A stretch of DNA of 64,000 nucleotides from the human T2T-CHM13v2.0 reference genome, Homo sapiens, in assembly GCF_009914755.1 (NCBI RefSeq), contig NC_060936.1; one strand, written 5' to 3'. Position numbers and translations under genes: made by a program. Below are positions 47,451-60,844 of the stretch, in pieces. The notes below the pieces were generated by a model. That model did no database searches, was not told where the DNA came from, and saw only the letters and a list, made by a program, of their open reading frames with translations. Numbering within the stretch: the stretch's first letter is position 1; each line of letters begins with the position of its first letter.

Positions 47451-48534
47451 ATTCGCTGATTCTCCAGATTGAGATGCTAAAAATAATAAAGAGGATACAA
47501 ACAATTAAAAAATGAAAGAAGTTTCACTTAGAGGTCTGGATGAGAGAAAGAAAGAAGACGAGACACTAAGCCAGAATGGGAAGAGAGAGGCACAGGAAGG
47601 GCAGCCATGGTCCGGGATTTGAGGATAGCATAGATTCACTGAAAAGTTCAGGTCGTCTGGGTTGTCTGGGCATGTGGGTTTAGGACCCCTTTGCTAGGGA
47701 AAAGAATAAAGCTCAGTTGGAGGGTGCCAAGAAAAGGTGGAAAATAAATCCATATACTTTTCCCAGGATTGTCTACATTCCAGAAAAGTTGAAAAGGAGT
47801 GTTCTTTAGAGTCCAAGAAGAAAAATCAGCAAGAAGAAAAATGCCTTTGGGCATTTTTTTTTTTCAAAACTAAAAAGCAATGTATTTATCTTTGCCAGCA
47901 TTCAAGTAACTAGAAGTATTCTGGATGGGGCCACATTTCAAAAAGCTCTGAGTAGGCGCACAGGTGCAATGCCAAATGCAACAGCTGAGAGGCCACCTCC
48001 CCACCCCGCTGGCCCTACCCCCTGCTCTGTCCCCTCCAGAGTAGCAATGCTAACAGCTGACCTACCGAAACATGCAAATCTAATGTTACATGACAGGGAC
48101 TAATCCATGTGTGAACTTCTGAAAAGTGAACTCTTCTCTTTTGGGCACTTCAGATTTTCATTGGAAAAATCATATTGTGTTGAGAAAAATTTCTAGAGAC
48201 ATCTTTGTGTTCTGCTAATTAAGTAGAAAAGTCCTAAATTTCTCTATTTGTCAATCTTTATGAAGGTTTCCCCAGAATATAAGTCTCTCCATTGGGAATA
48301 CAATAAGTGAGGAGAGCTCAGGGACTGAAGTTTTCATCATAAAGAGTGATGTCTTACTACAAAGAGTGTCAGCAAAATCTTAAAACACGTTGGTTTATTT
48401 TTAATGGCAAGACAGTCTCTATATATGATCATGACGCCTCCAACTGTATGAATTGCTACACAATGTGCCATGTTCCTTTGTGACTCCAGGGATGAGCTTA
48501 TTGAGACATGGAGCAGTGTACAATGTGAGGCACA

Positions 48535-48665
48535 TCATTTTCTAAACTGTATTCTGTAAAAACTACTCCCAAGATAAGTTCTTTGAAAAGAGGGTATCAT
48601 AGTTAAATCAAATTGAGAATTGCTGCATATAAAAAGATAATCTCTTGCAGGTTCATGATATGCCC
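48535..48665 (-). mobile_element. MER103C-like hAT DNA transposon fragment
   Basis: TTTTCTAAACTGTATTCTGT...AAAAGAGGGTATCATAGTTAAATCAAATTGAGAATTGCTGCATAT...CTCTTGCAGGTTCA. Confidence 0.5.
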
Positions 48666-49127
48666 TCTTTTCCACAGAGCCTAGACCAGGTCTCAGAATT
48701 CTTTCAACGTAGTGCTCTAGTAAGCTCTACTAATTGACTGGTTTTGGTAGAGGAATGGAAACTACTTACCGTCCTTTTTCTACTCTGGCCTAGTAAGTTT
48801 AGAAGCACTTAAAAATTGAATGAGGGCAAAATCAGGGGCTGCTCTGTGGCTTAGGACACCAGGGAAGCTATAAAAGAGAGTGCTAGCCCTTTTGTCTAAA
48901 GTCTTGTGTGGGAGAGTATTATTTACCAACTGAATCTATAATAGTAGAAGTTTTGTTCTGATAATGGGTTAGATAACAAAATGCCTTTGGGTGTTCCTGG
49001 GTACAGAGAGAGCTGGGCTTCTTAGCAAAAGCAGTTAACCAGGAGACAGGTAGACAACCCAGCAGGTAGTACTGCTACAGAATGCAATGTATGAATACAA
49101 CTTTTCTCCAGGAATTGTATGGAATAC

Positions 49128-51315
49128 TGCCACATCAACACACTAAGGAAGAAAAATTGCATAATTATGTCAATAGATTCATAAAAAGCATTTGACAAAA
49201 TCCAACAGCCATTCATGATAAAAACTCTCATAAAACTAGGAAGAGAAGGAGAACTTCCTCAACTTGATAAAAAATACCTGCAAAATCCCTACAGCTAATG
49301 CCATACTTCATGCTGAGAAACTTAAGCTTTCCCACTGAGATCAAGAACAAGGCACGGATATTCCTTCTCACCACTGCTTTTCTCAATATCATATTTGAAG
49401 TCCTGGCTAATGCAATAAAAGAAGAAAATGAAATAAAAGATATATGGATTGATCAGGAATAAATAAAAGATTGCTCACAGATGATATGATTGTCTGTGAA
49501 GGAAATCTGAAAGAATCAGCAAAAAATAAAAATAAAAATAAAAAAAATCCTGGAACTGAGTGATGATAGTAAGGTTGCATGATGCAAGCTTAATATTCAA
49601 AAGTCAATTGCTTTCGTATATACTAGCAATAAACAGATGGAATTTAAAATAAAAACACAATACTATTTACATTCGCATGCAAGGAAATGAAATACTTAGA
49701 TATAAATCTAACAAAATATGAACAAAAGCTCTATGAAGAAAACTAAAACTCTGGTGAAAGAAATCACAGAAGAACTAAATAAGTGGAGAGAGATTCCATG
49801 TTCATATAGAGAGCCCAGAAATAGACCCACATAATACAGTCAACCAATCTTTGACAAGAGCAAAGGCAATACAGTAGAGCAAAGATAGTCTTTTCAACAA
49901 ATGATGCTGGAACCATGAACATCAATATGCAAAAAAAAAAAAAAATGAATCTAGACACAGTTCTTACACCCTTCACAAAATAAACTCAAAAGAGATCACA
50001 GACCTAAAAGTAAAATGCAAAACTCTAAAACTCCTAGAAGATTAACACAGGAGGCAATCTACATGACCTTGGGTTTGGCAACAATTTTTTTTTTTATATA
50101 TACACCACCAATGGCATGATCTATAAATGAAGGAATTGGTAAGCTGGATTTTAGTAAAATTAAAAACTTCTGCACTGCTAAGAAAATGAGAAGACAAGTC
50201 ACAGACTGGGAGAAAATATTTGCAAAATACATCTTTGATAAAGTACTGTTATTCAAAATATACAGATATATTTTAAACTCAGCAATAAAAAACAAACACC
50301 TCAGCTAAAAAATGGGCCAAAGAACTTAACAGACACCTCATCAAAGAAGATATACAGATGGCAAATATGCATGTGAAGTGAGGCAGCACATCATATGTCA
50401 TCAGAGAAATGCAAGTTAAAACAACAGATACCACTACACGCTTATTTAAATGTTCGAAATCCAGAACACTGACAACACCAAATGCTGGTAAGGATGTGGA
50501 GCAACAGGAACTCTCATTCATTGCTGGTGGGAACACAAAATGGTGCAGCCACTTTGGAGGGCAGTTTGGCAGTTTCTTAGTAAACAAAACATACTTTTAC
50601 TATACAATCTGGCAGTCACTGTCCTTGGTATTTGCCCAAAGTAGTTGAAAATTTATGTCCACACAAAACTCTGCATAGAGATGTTTGTAGAAGGTTCATT
50701 CATAATTGCCAACACTTGGAAGCAACCAAGATATCTTTTAGTCGGTGAATAGGTAAATAAAATGTGGTACATCTAGACAATGCAATATTGTTGAGTGCTA
50801 AGATGAAATGAGCTATCAAACCATGAAAAGACATGGAGGAATCTTAGATGCATATTACCAAATGAAAGAAGCCAATCTGAAAAGGCTACATACTGTATGA
50901 TTCTAACTATATGGCATTCTGTAAAAGGCAAAACTATGGAGATAGTAATACGATCAGTGGTTTCAAGGGGTTAGTGGGGAGCATGGGATGAATAGACAGA
51001 AAAGAGAGGATTTTTAGGGCAGTGAAACTACTCTGTATGTTGCTATCATAATGAATTCATATCATACATTTTTCAAAACCCATAGAATGTATAGGACCAA
51101 GGATAAACCCTAATATAAACTATGGACCTTGGGTGACAATGTAGGTTCATTGATTGTAACAAATGTACCACTCTGCTGGGGGAACGTTGATAGTAAGGGA
51201 GTGCGTATGTGTGTGTATAGGGGAGGAGGGAATATATGGGAAATCTCTGTATTCTCTGCTCAATTTTACTGTGAACCTAAAGCTGTTCTGGAAAATAGTC
51301 TATTTAATAAAAAAA
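49128..51315 (+). mobile_element. L1MC1-like LINE (ORF2 3' part and 3'UTR)
   Basis: AAAAGCATTTGACAAAATCCAACAGCCATTCATGATAAAAACTCTC (KAFDKIQ), 3'UTR AAATGTACCACTCTG...GTGAACCTAAAGCTG, poly(A). Confidence 0.9.
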
Positions 51316-51344
51316 TATATATTTAAAAATATAATTATTATTCT

Positions 51345-51864
51345 CATACACATTCTTTGTCCTGTTTTCTCATTTCTTTTTCTAGCAATCCTACTAGTCA
51401 GGTATCGAACTTCTTAGCTTAACCTTCTAATTTTATTTCCTTTTCTTTCCATTTCCCATTTTTTTGTCTTTTTGTTTCACGCTCTGGGAAGTAGCTCATT
51501 ACATTCCAAACTTCTATTGATTTGTTTCCTGTAGTATTGTAAAATTTTCATAATAAATAAAAAACATCTCTGAGTTTTTTTTCCCTCACTCCCTGTGTCC
51601 CCTTACACAGATTCTGTTTTTCATTTCGTGGTTGCAGTATCTTTTCTTATGTATATATGTTGATGTTTATCATGGTTTTATTTTTATGTTTCATCCTTTT
51701 TCCTGAAATATCTGGGATTCTGTTAAGTTCTAGTTTTTAATGTCTATTTCTTTTTTACATTTCAAGCTTTCCTTCTATGTCTGGAGTTTTTGTCTCTCCA
51801 TGTATAGTTAAGAGTGAGGCACCATAAAGCTGGCTGGGAACTAAGTTCAGAGTATTATTGTAGA
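51345..51864 (-). mobile_element. HAL1 / old L1M ORF1-like fragment, split by MER52
   Basis: T-rich TTTTGTTTCACGCTCTGGGAAG...CAAACTTCTATTGA...TTTCGTGGTTGCAGTATCTTTTC; continues after 53743. Confidence 0.55.
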
Positions 51865-53743
51865 TGATAGTGATGGCAGCTGCAGGCTGCCTGGAGAGGC
51901 CACTGCTATCACACCAGTGGCTGCAGGGAGGGCACGGGGAGGTGGTGGACAGCCGTCCTGCAGCCCACAGCACTGGAGGCTACTGCTATGGGGCTCAGCT
52001 GGGTTGCCTGCTTGTGGGGGAGCAGCGTGGCAGGGGAGAAGTGTGGTTGGGCAGACGGGGGCCCTGAGGTGGAGGTGGGCCCGGGGCGGTGCCATACTTG
52101 CACATGGAGTGTGAGAGTCGGCCCTCGTGTGTGGAACTGGGGTCATGCTTTGGAGGCCCAGGGTGGGAAGTGGGAGTGGTACCTGCTTTGGGGACCTGGC
52201 CAATGGTGCAGCCACTGTGCCCACCCCGTGGAGGGCGCCGGGTTCCTGTATCTCGGGAGGAGGCTCTGTTCAAGGCCACCCAGGTCTGTATCCCCAGGGT
52301 CCACCCCCCACTGGGTGACTGCCGAGCCTGACACTCCCAATGGCTGGGCCAGGGCTGCAATCCGCTAAGCCCTGGGCCACCCCTGAATGCTGCGGGAATC
52401 AGGGAGCTCATGGCAATGTGGCCCCTGCCCCCAATGCTGGCCAGGGCACAGTGAGCACCTGGAGTGCCCACCCCAGGCTGTTAGGGGCTGTGGCTGTGGC
52501 TGCATGCCCACTGAGCTGGAGGGGGCTGGGATCAGGCAGGAGCCTTCCCCCCATCCCCTGCAGCCCCCCACCTCTGGGTTGTTGCAGCCTCCCAAGTCCT
52601 GGCTGTGGACTGGGCCTTTTTGCACTGTTGGGGGCCCAGGAAGGCCCCCACCTTGCCCTTGCAGGCCCTGAGGTGCCTGCTCCCACTGCCTGGCCTCTCC
52701 CCACTCCCAGCGCCCTCTCAGATCTTGGAGAGTGGTTGGGGCTGAGCCTGGGCACTGTAACAGTCTAGCTAGGTGGGCGTGTGCTCAGGGAAGTGCTGAC
52801 ACAACAGCCCCCTGCTGTCTTGGCCCCCTCTGGACTTTGACCGCTGACAAGCCTGAGGGCAGGGAAATCGAGGGGGTCACTGAAGGTGGCTGGGAGCTGG
52901 CTTGCAGGTGCCCATTGGTGTGAGCAGCCTGGGTGCCATGGACAGTGGCAGGAAGCAGACAGCCTCCTGGATGGAACAGGGCAGGTCCCCAGTGAGGCCC
53001 CACCTTCAGGCCTGGGAGGGCCTGAAGGCTGGGGACTGGGCTGCCAGTCCCACAGACTGGAGTGGGGACTTGTGGTGCCTTTTCTGGGACCTCCCATGGC
53101 CACCCATGGACTAATTGGCAGGCACTCCTCTGAGGCCCATAAAAGCCCTGGGCTCAGCCAGAGTAGAGCAGAGCAGATGACAGAGAGACGACAGGATGAC
53201 CATCTGCAGAGAGGAGCTACCCTCTCTTCTAGGAGATGAACACTCGTTGGGAGACCCTGGCTGTGGAAAGGAGCTACCCACTGTGGTTCCCCTCTGAGCT
53301 GTTCTGTTGCTCAATAAAGCTCCTCTTTCTCTTGCTCACCTTCTACTTCTCTGTGTAACTCATTCTTCCTGGTTGCAGGACAAGAACTCAGGAGTGGTGA
53401 GGTTAAAAGAGCTATAACACAAACAGGGCTGAGACATGCCCCTTGCTTGGCATGTTGCAGGTGAAGAGAAGGAGAGAAGAGCTGTGGCCCTTTGGGGTGC
53501 CCAGTCCTGGGGGCTCCCGAGCCAGTGCTGTGACCCCTTCCTTGGGACCCTGGTGTCTCCAAGCTTCCAGGTGCCACCATGTTCCCTGGTGCCAGCCGTG
53601 GAAGCTGCTTGTGGTTTGTCTGGTCCAGCTGTAGCCTGACAGAGAGCCGGTGCCCATGCTGGTACTTGGAGCTGCCCACTCTGCTGTAGCAGCTGCACAG
53701 AGGTTTCCAGCCAGAAAAGTGCTGCCCCAAAGATCCCATAACA
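51865..53743 (+). mobile_element. MER52 (A/D-like) ERV1 solo LTR, GC-rich
   Basis: TGATAGTGATGGCAG start, CATAAAA 53138-53144, AATAAA 53313-53318, AAAAGAGCTATAACACAAACAGGGCTG, end AAAGATCCCATAACA; accounts for the cluster of GC-rich spurious ORFs. Confidence 0.92.
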
Positions 53744-54412
53744 ATAGGACAGAGAGTTAGCTTTTCTGTTAGTTGGGCCACAAATATTAGTAAAAATGGC
53801 TTTTTAAGTATGTGGGTTTATTTAGTTTTGTTTATTCATAGAAGGATTCTCCAATTTGTTACCTTGCAGGTATCAGCTTAGTTGCCAGTGTTCTGATGGG
53901 GGCGGGGTGTGTGTGGTGGGGTCTCATCTTTTTATTTACAGACTTTCACTCAACCTCCCAGTTTTAGTCTCATGGGTCATCGTTAGCCTCTCTCTTGACC
54001 TTTGCTGGGCTGGGCAATTCCATGGCTAGGAGGTTCTCTGGTTTATTTTATCCAAAGAATGAACAATCTATGTTTTAGGGGGTGAGAAGGAATAGTCAGT
54101 GGGGCTTGGGCATCTAATCCTATGCAGATTTGAAGCCAGTCCTTTTCTGCTCCATATCTCATCTCCACTTTCTGTGGAACTCTTTGGAGAAGATTCTGGA
54201 GTGAATTTTTTGTATCTAGATAAAATCCCCAGCTGTAGAGACTGAGTTTCAGCTTTTTCTGTTCTACTAAGGCAATCACCATGCTTTCATCTACTTTTCA
54301 TCTTGAAAAAAAAAAATGACATTGCCTACTCTTAAATTCTCTTTGTAACTTTTCGCTTTTTAATAGGAGACAAAGAAGATGAACACATGATTTCATCCAC
54401 CATGTTTAGCCA
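53744..54412 (-). mobile_element. HAL1 5' part
   Basis: GTTGCCAGTGTTCTG...ACAGACTTTCACTCAACCTCC...GTTTCAGCTTTTTCTGTTCTACTAAGGCAATCACCA...ATCCACCATGTTTA. Confidence 0.6.
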
Positions 54413-54439
54413 TGGATAATATGCTTTCAAATCTATATA

Positions 54440-54640
54440 GTTTTTAATGTCAAGGGAAAATGCTCAGTTTGTGAAAAAGTTAAAAGAAAAAACTGTGAAA
54501 GGAAGCATACCAAGGTTTATTTCTGGGCTGTGAAATTATTAGTGATCAGTTACTATTTTGTTTAAAAAATCTTTTCTGCATTTGCTAAATTTTCTATAAT
54601 AAGTAGATAGGCACTTTCATGAGAAAATAACTTAAAAATA
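54440..54640 (+). mobile_element. Old L1ME 3'-end fragment
   Basis: GAAAGGAAGCATACCAAGG...TTCTGGGCTGTGAAATTATTAGTGAT...TTTTCTGCATTTGCTAAATTTTCTATAAT. Confidence 0.5.
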
Positions 54641-54982
54641 CATTTACAAATCTATACTGATGCTTACATTAGCTCAGCAAGGTCAACTTTAATTGCAGTG
54701 ACCTGAAGAAGGAAAAAATGTTTATTTTCTTCATGCCAAATATTGAAAACCTTTAATAATAATTAAATGTATGTGGTAAACAAGCTATAATCTTTCAGAT
54801 AAGAAATGGTGAATTTTCTTTTCACTATTAATGTGAATTCAATTTCTATAGACAATGGTTAGCAATATATATTTTAAGATTATATAACTGGTAGATATTA
54901 AAGATCTAATGTAAGAATGTACTCCATACGTATGGTTACTTTGATATTAGAAGGTGCTTTACAATACCTGACTATAATCTAA

Positions 54983-55206
54983 GAGTATTCCAAAATGGGC
55001 TATAGGAAATATCAGCTCCATCTGATTCTCTGCAAAGAAATGTTTGCAAATTGTTACGTAGTATTTTATTTTCCTGGAGCAATAATTCACATTAGGGAAC
55101 TGAAGCCTTGGAGTATACTGTGGTAAAGAAACGTGGCCAATTTTATCGATTTAACTGTTTGAATAAGAGTTTTTGAAACTTATTTTGACTGTGAAACCCT
55201 TTCTCC
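54983..55206 (-). mobile_element. MER103C-like hAT DNA transposon remnant
   Basis: ATTCACATTAG...TGTGGTAAAGAAACGTG...GAAACTTATTTTGACTGTGAAACCCTTT. Confidence 0.6.
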
Positions 55207-57514
55207 CCCAACAAAATCCCTCCCTGTAATCCTGGCCATTATCATTATTATTGTTATTATTATTGCCACTTAAATTTAAATGTCAGTGTTTTATTCATTT
55301 CAGGCAATAATGATGTCCTTTAGGCAGAGAGATTATGAAGCCACACTTGACTTTTCTGGTTTGGTAGACTCGAACCATTCAATTTATTTAGTGACTGAGT
55401 AAAGTAAAAGTAACTATGTTGGATAGGTCCTCCATTGCTTTAGGCAGGAAGCAGGAAAATATTTTACTGCTCTTGTGTTGTGGGTTGGAGTAATTTCCTC
55501 ATTTTGTTTTCCCTTGTTCTTGGATAAGGCTTAGAAGGTCAATGGTTCCAAGTTGTTTCCCAGCAGCCATGGCATTTTGTAAAGCCTGAAGCATCTTGTG
55601 GGAGTGTATTTGCTGAAATATATCTGTAGGTGCTGGTTATTGTCAAATTGTACGTCTGGAGCCCTGAGATATGAAGGTTTATTGTCTAATTTTCAAGTAA
55701 ACACAATTTTAATGAAAGTAATCATTTAGGGATTTTCTTTAGCACATTTGCTTTGTATGTCTGGACTCCTTTTATTAAAGGAAATGGGAAAATAATTTGG
55801 GAATCTAAAATAAATCAGACTTTATCTGTTGATACTGTTAAACTGGACTATCTGAGCATAAAAATGGTGGGATTTACAATAAAATAAATTGCTTGGAAAT
55901 AATTGGCTCTTCTAAAGCAGTTTTTCAAAGCCTCACCCTCTAGGTAGTCCTTTCATAGTGGGAGGCCACTGGGTTTATTACAAAGTTTGAGCGTCTAGAC
56001 AGACAGGTTGCAGTTCCACTACACAGCTCTGAGATATTACTATTGGTACTATTAATAGCAACTTTTATTGAGGGCTTAGTGTATGCTAGTTATTGTGCTA
56101 CAGGCAATACATGCATGAGCTCTTTTAATTTTTACTACACTGCATCAGAGAATTGGACTAGAAGGCTCCCTATCTTTCTTCCAGCACTAAATATCTCAGG
56201 AAATATGTCTCAGCTGCCAGACCTTTGTTCCACTCTGGGGAGATGGGGAAGTCAGGAAGCAAAGGAATCTTATCCTCACTCAAAGGGGTGTGTAGACAAA
56301 CTCAAGAGGCTGAGTTGGAACTCAGAACCATTTTCCATTCCAAACCAATACATAATCTAGTATAACATATATTATAATCAGATGGCTTAAGTGGGCTTTT
56401 CTGGTGGCCCAAATGTCTGATAGCTATTAAAATTTATATAGCATTGTTTTCTTGAATCATACTCTGTTTCAATTGGGTAGGGGAAGAGGTGGCTTGTATT
56501 GGGATTCACGGGGCCATTCTGTCATGAGGGTAGCTGGGCAGACAGAATTCTGTTTATATGTTTTAAACACAAGTTATTTCATCCTACACGTAAGAAAATT
56601 GGGCAGTGTGTGTCACTCCCAAGTGGGTCACTCCTTCTTCTGATGTGTAGGCACGATAGAACTCACCATCTATCCTTTATCTTCCTAAAAAGGTCTCTTA
56701 CAAAACACTCAGAGGGAGCTTGCAGAATTCGTAGGAAACTGAGCTGAATATTTATTGAACTCTGTTACTTTTCTGATATCATCTTTTTTTTACTGTCACC
56801 GTTTGACTGGTTATCTTCTGAAAGACTACTGGAAAGAATTCTTTGCTCAGTTCCTATTAGGGTTTTAATGATTTCTTTCTTACCCCATTAGGAAATATTA
56901 ACAACTGCATGTTAAATAGTTAACCAAATAAGAAAGATAAAATCAATCAGTGTTTAAATTACATCTGCTGAGTTTAAATCATTTAGTAGGTAAAGGCTTC
57001 CTTATCTTTCAAATGTGAAGCCTTATTAGAAAACCAGATATATTTTTTTCAAGCAGCTTCAATACTTTGGCAGTTCTTGGAGATTGGCTGGACCGTTCAG
57101 TTTGAAGCAGACGGATTTACTAGGGCCCCAGATCATACAGCCAAGGGTTTATAGAGATTCTGGCACTTCTAACAATCATGAAAAGGCAGCCCTACACAAA
57201 ATGCCAAAGTGTGAGCAGAGGGACTGTGACAGGGCCTCTTACAAGGCTAAAGAAATCCGACAATCAGAGATCTATTATTTTGGCTTATGATTTTGTCACC
57301 TAGTAAATTGTAAAAACCCTGTGTGAGAGTCAGCCTTGTGAGTTTATCAAAAACTTTCCTGGGAGCAGCATTTCATGTTGATGATTAGGACAAAACTGGA
57401 CAGCTAGGGCTGGAGACAGGGAATTGACAGTGGTCGGCACATTGGTGGGAGGAGGGAGGGAAGGCTGAGAAAAGGCAGCTGATGATGAGCGGAAGGCTAC
57501 AGACAAATTTTACC

Positions 57515-58520
57515 TATTTCATTCATTTCTTTATTCGACAAATATTTATTGAGAATCTACTGTGTGTGAAGCACTTTGTTAAGGGCCAGGGAAGAAATAA
57601 TTGGGCTTCTGGAAGTTCTGACTGTGGGAGAGAGGCAGCCCTGTCAACAGGTACTAACGGCAGTATGTAAGAAGTGTCACAGTTGGAGCAGGCAGCGAGA
57701 AGGGGAGGATCCCAGAGGAGAATGTGTGTGTAGCAGGGTCACAGGGAGCCATCTCGAGATGGTGATGTCTGAATTTTTTTCTTAAAACATAAATAGAAAT
57801 GTTTACCCAGATGAGAAGCCACTGTAGGCTGAGAGACAGCCTGGGCAAAGGGCACTGACTGAGAGGTAGCCCGGTTGTATTAGTCTGTTCTCACAATGCT
57901 ATAAAGAAATACCTGAGACTGGGTAATTTATAAAGAAAAGAGGTTTAATTGGCTTATGATTCTGCAGGCTGTACAGGAAGCAAGGCAGCATCTGCTCAGC
58001 TTCTGAGGAGGTGTTGAGAAACTTACAATCATAGCAGAAGGCAAAGGGGAAGTGAGGCGTCTTACATGGCAGGAGCAGGACCATGAGCATGGAGGGGGTG
58101 CTACATGCTTTTAAACAACCAGATCTCACTGGAACTCCCTATTGTGATGACAGCACCAAGGGGGGATGGTGTTAAACCATGAGAAACCGCCCCCGTGATC
58201 CAATCACCTCCCACTAGGCCCCACCTCCAACACTGGGGATTACAATTGAACATGAGATTTGAGTGGAGACACAGAGCCAAACCATATCCCTGAGCAAAGG
58301 TTGCGGGCGTAACAAAGAGTTTGCATGGGGGTTGAGGCTGAAACTCAGGCCGAAACACTGTGGAAGACCCTCTTCTTTAGGGATTTAGGACTTGATTCTG
58401 TAAGCAATAGGGAGGTTCTAACCAAGGAAGGGGCCTGACCACATTTGTATTATTGAGAGATGGCCTTGGTCACCGTGAAATCTATGGATTGGTGGGAGGG
58501 AGTGCATAGAGAGTGATCAC
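57515..58520 (-). mobile_element. L2 LINE 3' end, split by an MSTA LTR
   Basis: TTCATTCATTTCTTATTCGACAAATATTTATTGAGAATCTACTGTGTG; after the LTR, GGATTTAGGACTTGATTCTGTAAGCAATAGGGAG. Confidence 0.75.
57876..58289 (-). mobile_element. MSTA-like MaLR solo LTR
   Basis: TGTATTAGTCTGTTCTCAC...ATACCTGAGACTGGGTAATTTATAAAG...CAATCACCTCCCACTAGGCCCCACCTCCAAC...CCAAACCATATC. Confidence 0.93.
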
Positions 58521-59834
58521 AGGGGCAATGGTGCACAGTTTTGACCATCTCGTGTCTCTGGCATGTCCTAGTGCTTGAGAGTACCCTACAAAGAGGACTG
58601 TGTAGAAGCTGTGTCTCTATAGCTTGCAAGAACCTCAAGCAGATATTTTCTTGTGTCTGCATTTCAGATGTTTGTTTTTTAAACTATAACTCAAAGCCAG
58701 GAAGACCTATTAGCATCAGGGAATGCAATGATCTAAGTCTTGGATAATTTAGATAGGATTATGCATAAGTGCTATTATTTGTATATTCCTATTGAACATT
58801 TTCAGGATATTATTAACTCATTTGAACAGCCCATCAACACAAGAACTAAGAATAAGGTAAAATTTTGTTAAACTCCAGTCAAAAGTAATTGCTATCCTAT
58901 TACTGAATCATAATGTTGGTATTTTTAAAGGTCGCTTTCAAAGGCACCAAATGATAGGCTTTAACTTTACTAAAACCTTGGTCTCAATATGAAGCCTGTG
59001 TTTTAGATGCAGTTTCACAAAATGGTTTTATGTTCGAACCCAAAAGACACACTGATCTAAGGCCCCCATTGTTTTCAGAAGGAAGAAAAATCCTGCTGAA
59101 TCCAGGAGCTCTTGCTGTCCCTTTTGCCCTCACATGAAACGTCTTTGTGGCTCAGACTCAATGAGCTATGGACCTGTGGACCCTGGTGGCAGTCACACAG
59201 TGTCAAGGGTAAGAGGCAGTAATGTTTCAGAGAGAACAACCTTGCAAAAATGAAGACAGAAAGGCAAGCCAGATCTTCTTGCTTTGATTGTGAGATAAAG
59301 TTCCAACAGGTGCTGGGACTTAGGTCAAAATTATTAATAGAATGGAAACTCTAATGAGAATAGCAGAGTGATGCTGGGAACTAAGACATGGCTAGCGAGG
59401 TCTATGCAATCTCAGATGGCATGTTTTTCACGAGGTCTTTCCTGATTCTCCAGCTGTGATTTTCTTTCTTTCTTCATTTATATTTCACTTCAGGCAGCAA
59501 TTTTCTCTGCTTTGAATAATATTTGATTTATAGCCCTCAATATGTTATAGGTCTAGAAGTTAAGAACTTCCAGAACATGACTTTTTATCATCTGAGTGCA
59601 GGACTGTGCCACCATGCAGTGGACTCAGCAAGGAAAGACTAAATCTAGTGACTGACTACTCCATTACATCTACCCATGTATTTACTTATCCCCTCTCTTG
59701 TGCCAGATGGGGTTTATGTTGGAGTTACATGATAAGCCCCTGGAGGATGGGGCAGTGTGTTGTTTACATTGGTTTCTTATAGTCCAGGGCCTTCTATATA
59801 GTAGCTGCTCAGTACAGGATGGCTGATGAGGAGT

Positions 59835-60030
59835 TGGCTTCTAACAGGTTTGATTCCTGCTTCTGTGCTCACAGCATGTGACCTGAGGCAAGGAGTTTAA
59901 GCCCCTTTAAATCTCAGATTTCTTACTGGGTTTCTTCCATTAAATAAATTAATGTATTTTTTAAACCCCAGTACCTAGCACCTAGTATGATTGCTACTGT
60001 CTACTATTTAATAATTGCCCACTATTATTA
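59835..60030 (+). mobile_element. MIR SINE (preceded by an L2 3' tip at about 59725-59830)
   Basis: GGTTTGATTCCTGCTTCTG...TGTGACCTGAGGCAAG...CAGTACCTAGCACCTAGTA. Confidence 0.65.
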
Positions 60031-60654
60031 TAATTGTCCTTAGCCTCAAGATTACAATACACTGTGAAAATTTTATTCCATTTTATCACATCTATATTGG
60101 ATTACCTTATTTTTACAAAACGGGAACAAAGTACTCTAAAGAATTAACAACATACTAGATATAGCATGCATTCAAGAGAATACAAAATCATGATTATACT
60201 AGCCACAGAAATGTTGAAAGAAGGAAATGATTTTTTAGACAAGCTGACAAGTTCACTGGAGTCATACAGAGTCCCATCTTAGACTGTTAGCAATAAAAAA
60301 AATACTGCCTATTTGTATTTTTCAAAGCACTTTCACATTTCTCAAAGTCTCATTATTTGATGGCTGGCAAGATCTGAATTCTCTAGGGAATATCTACAAT
60401 GTAGTTGACACACAGGCAATTTTCTTGGTGTCCTTGACTGCTAGAAACAAGGGCATTCTCAGTCTGAGCCTTAGGCTCCCTGTGCAATTTCAGAGAGAAT
60501 CTACTTTTCTTCAGTCGATCCCAATGCTTCCTCAGAATATAAGGACCACAGAGTGATTAAGAATGTGGGCTCTGAGATGACCTACTCCCTGCCCCGGGAC
60601 CTTACCAGTCCCTGGACTAAAAGCTTGTATTCATTTTTAAATTTGGATTTCAAA

Positions 60655-60830
60655 CCAGCTATCAAGATGGTAGGTATTATATTCCTCCTCTTTCTAAGAA
60701 GGGAAACTGAGCTCAAAGATGTGAAGTAATTTTGGTAACATGACATGGGTCATATGTGGAAAGGCTGGGATTTGAACCCAAGTTGGTCTTACTCCAAAAG
60801 CTAGCTCTTAACCAACATGCAATGCTGCCT
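60655..60830 (-). mobile_element. MIR SINE
   Basis: GTAGGTATTATATTCC...GGGAAACTGAGCTCAAAGATGTGAAGTAATTT...GCTGGGATTTGAACCCA...GCTCTTAACCA. Confidence 0.8.
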
Positions 60831-60844
60831 CCTCTAATACCAAT

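Noticed and set aside
53432-53457. p53-like site AGACATGCCC-N6-TGGCATGTTG in MER52
   Set aside because: Only one perfect half-site; the second has two mismatches and the 6-bp spacer is unfavourable.
51755-53781. Dense cluster of overlapping 60-160 aa ORFs and CpG-island-like composition
   Set aside because: Almost entirely within the GC-rich MER52 LTR, where stops are rare in all frames; no recognisable domains.
59176-59193. CTCF-like words (CCCTGGTGGCAG here; also near 2024 and 39325)
   Set aside because: Each lacks core positions or has wrong spacing; not supportable from sequence alone.
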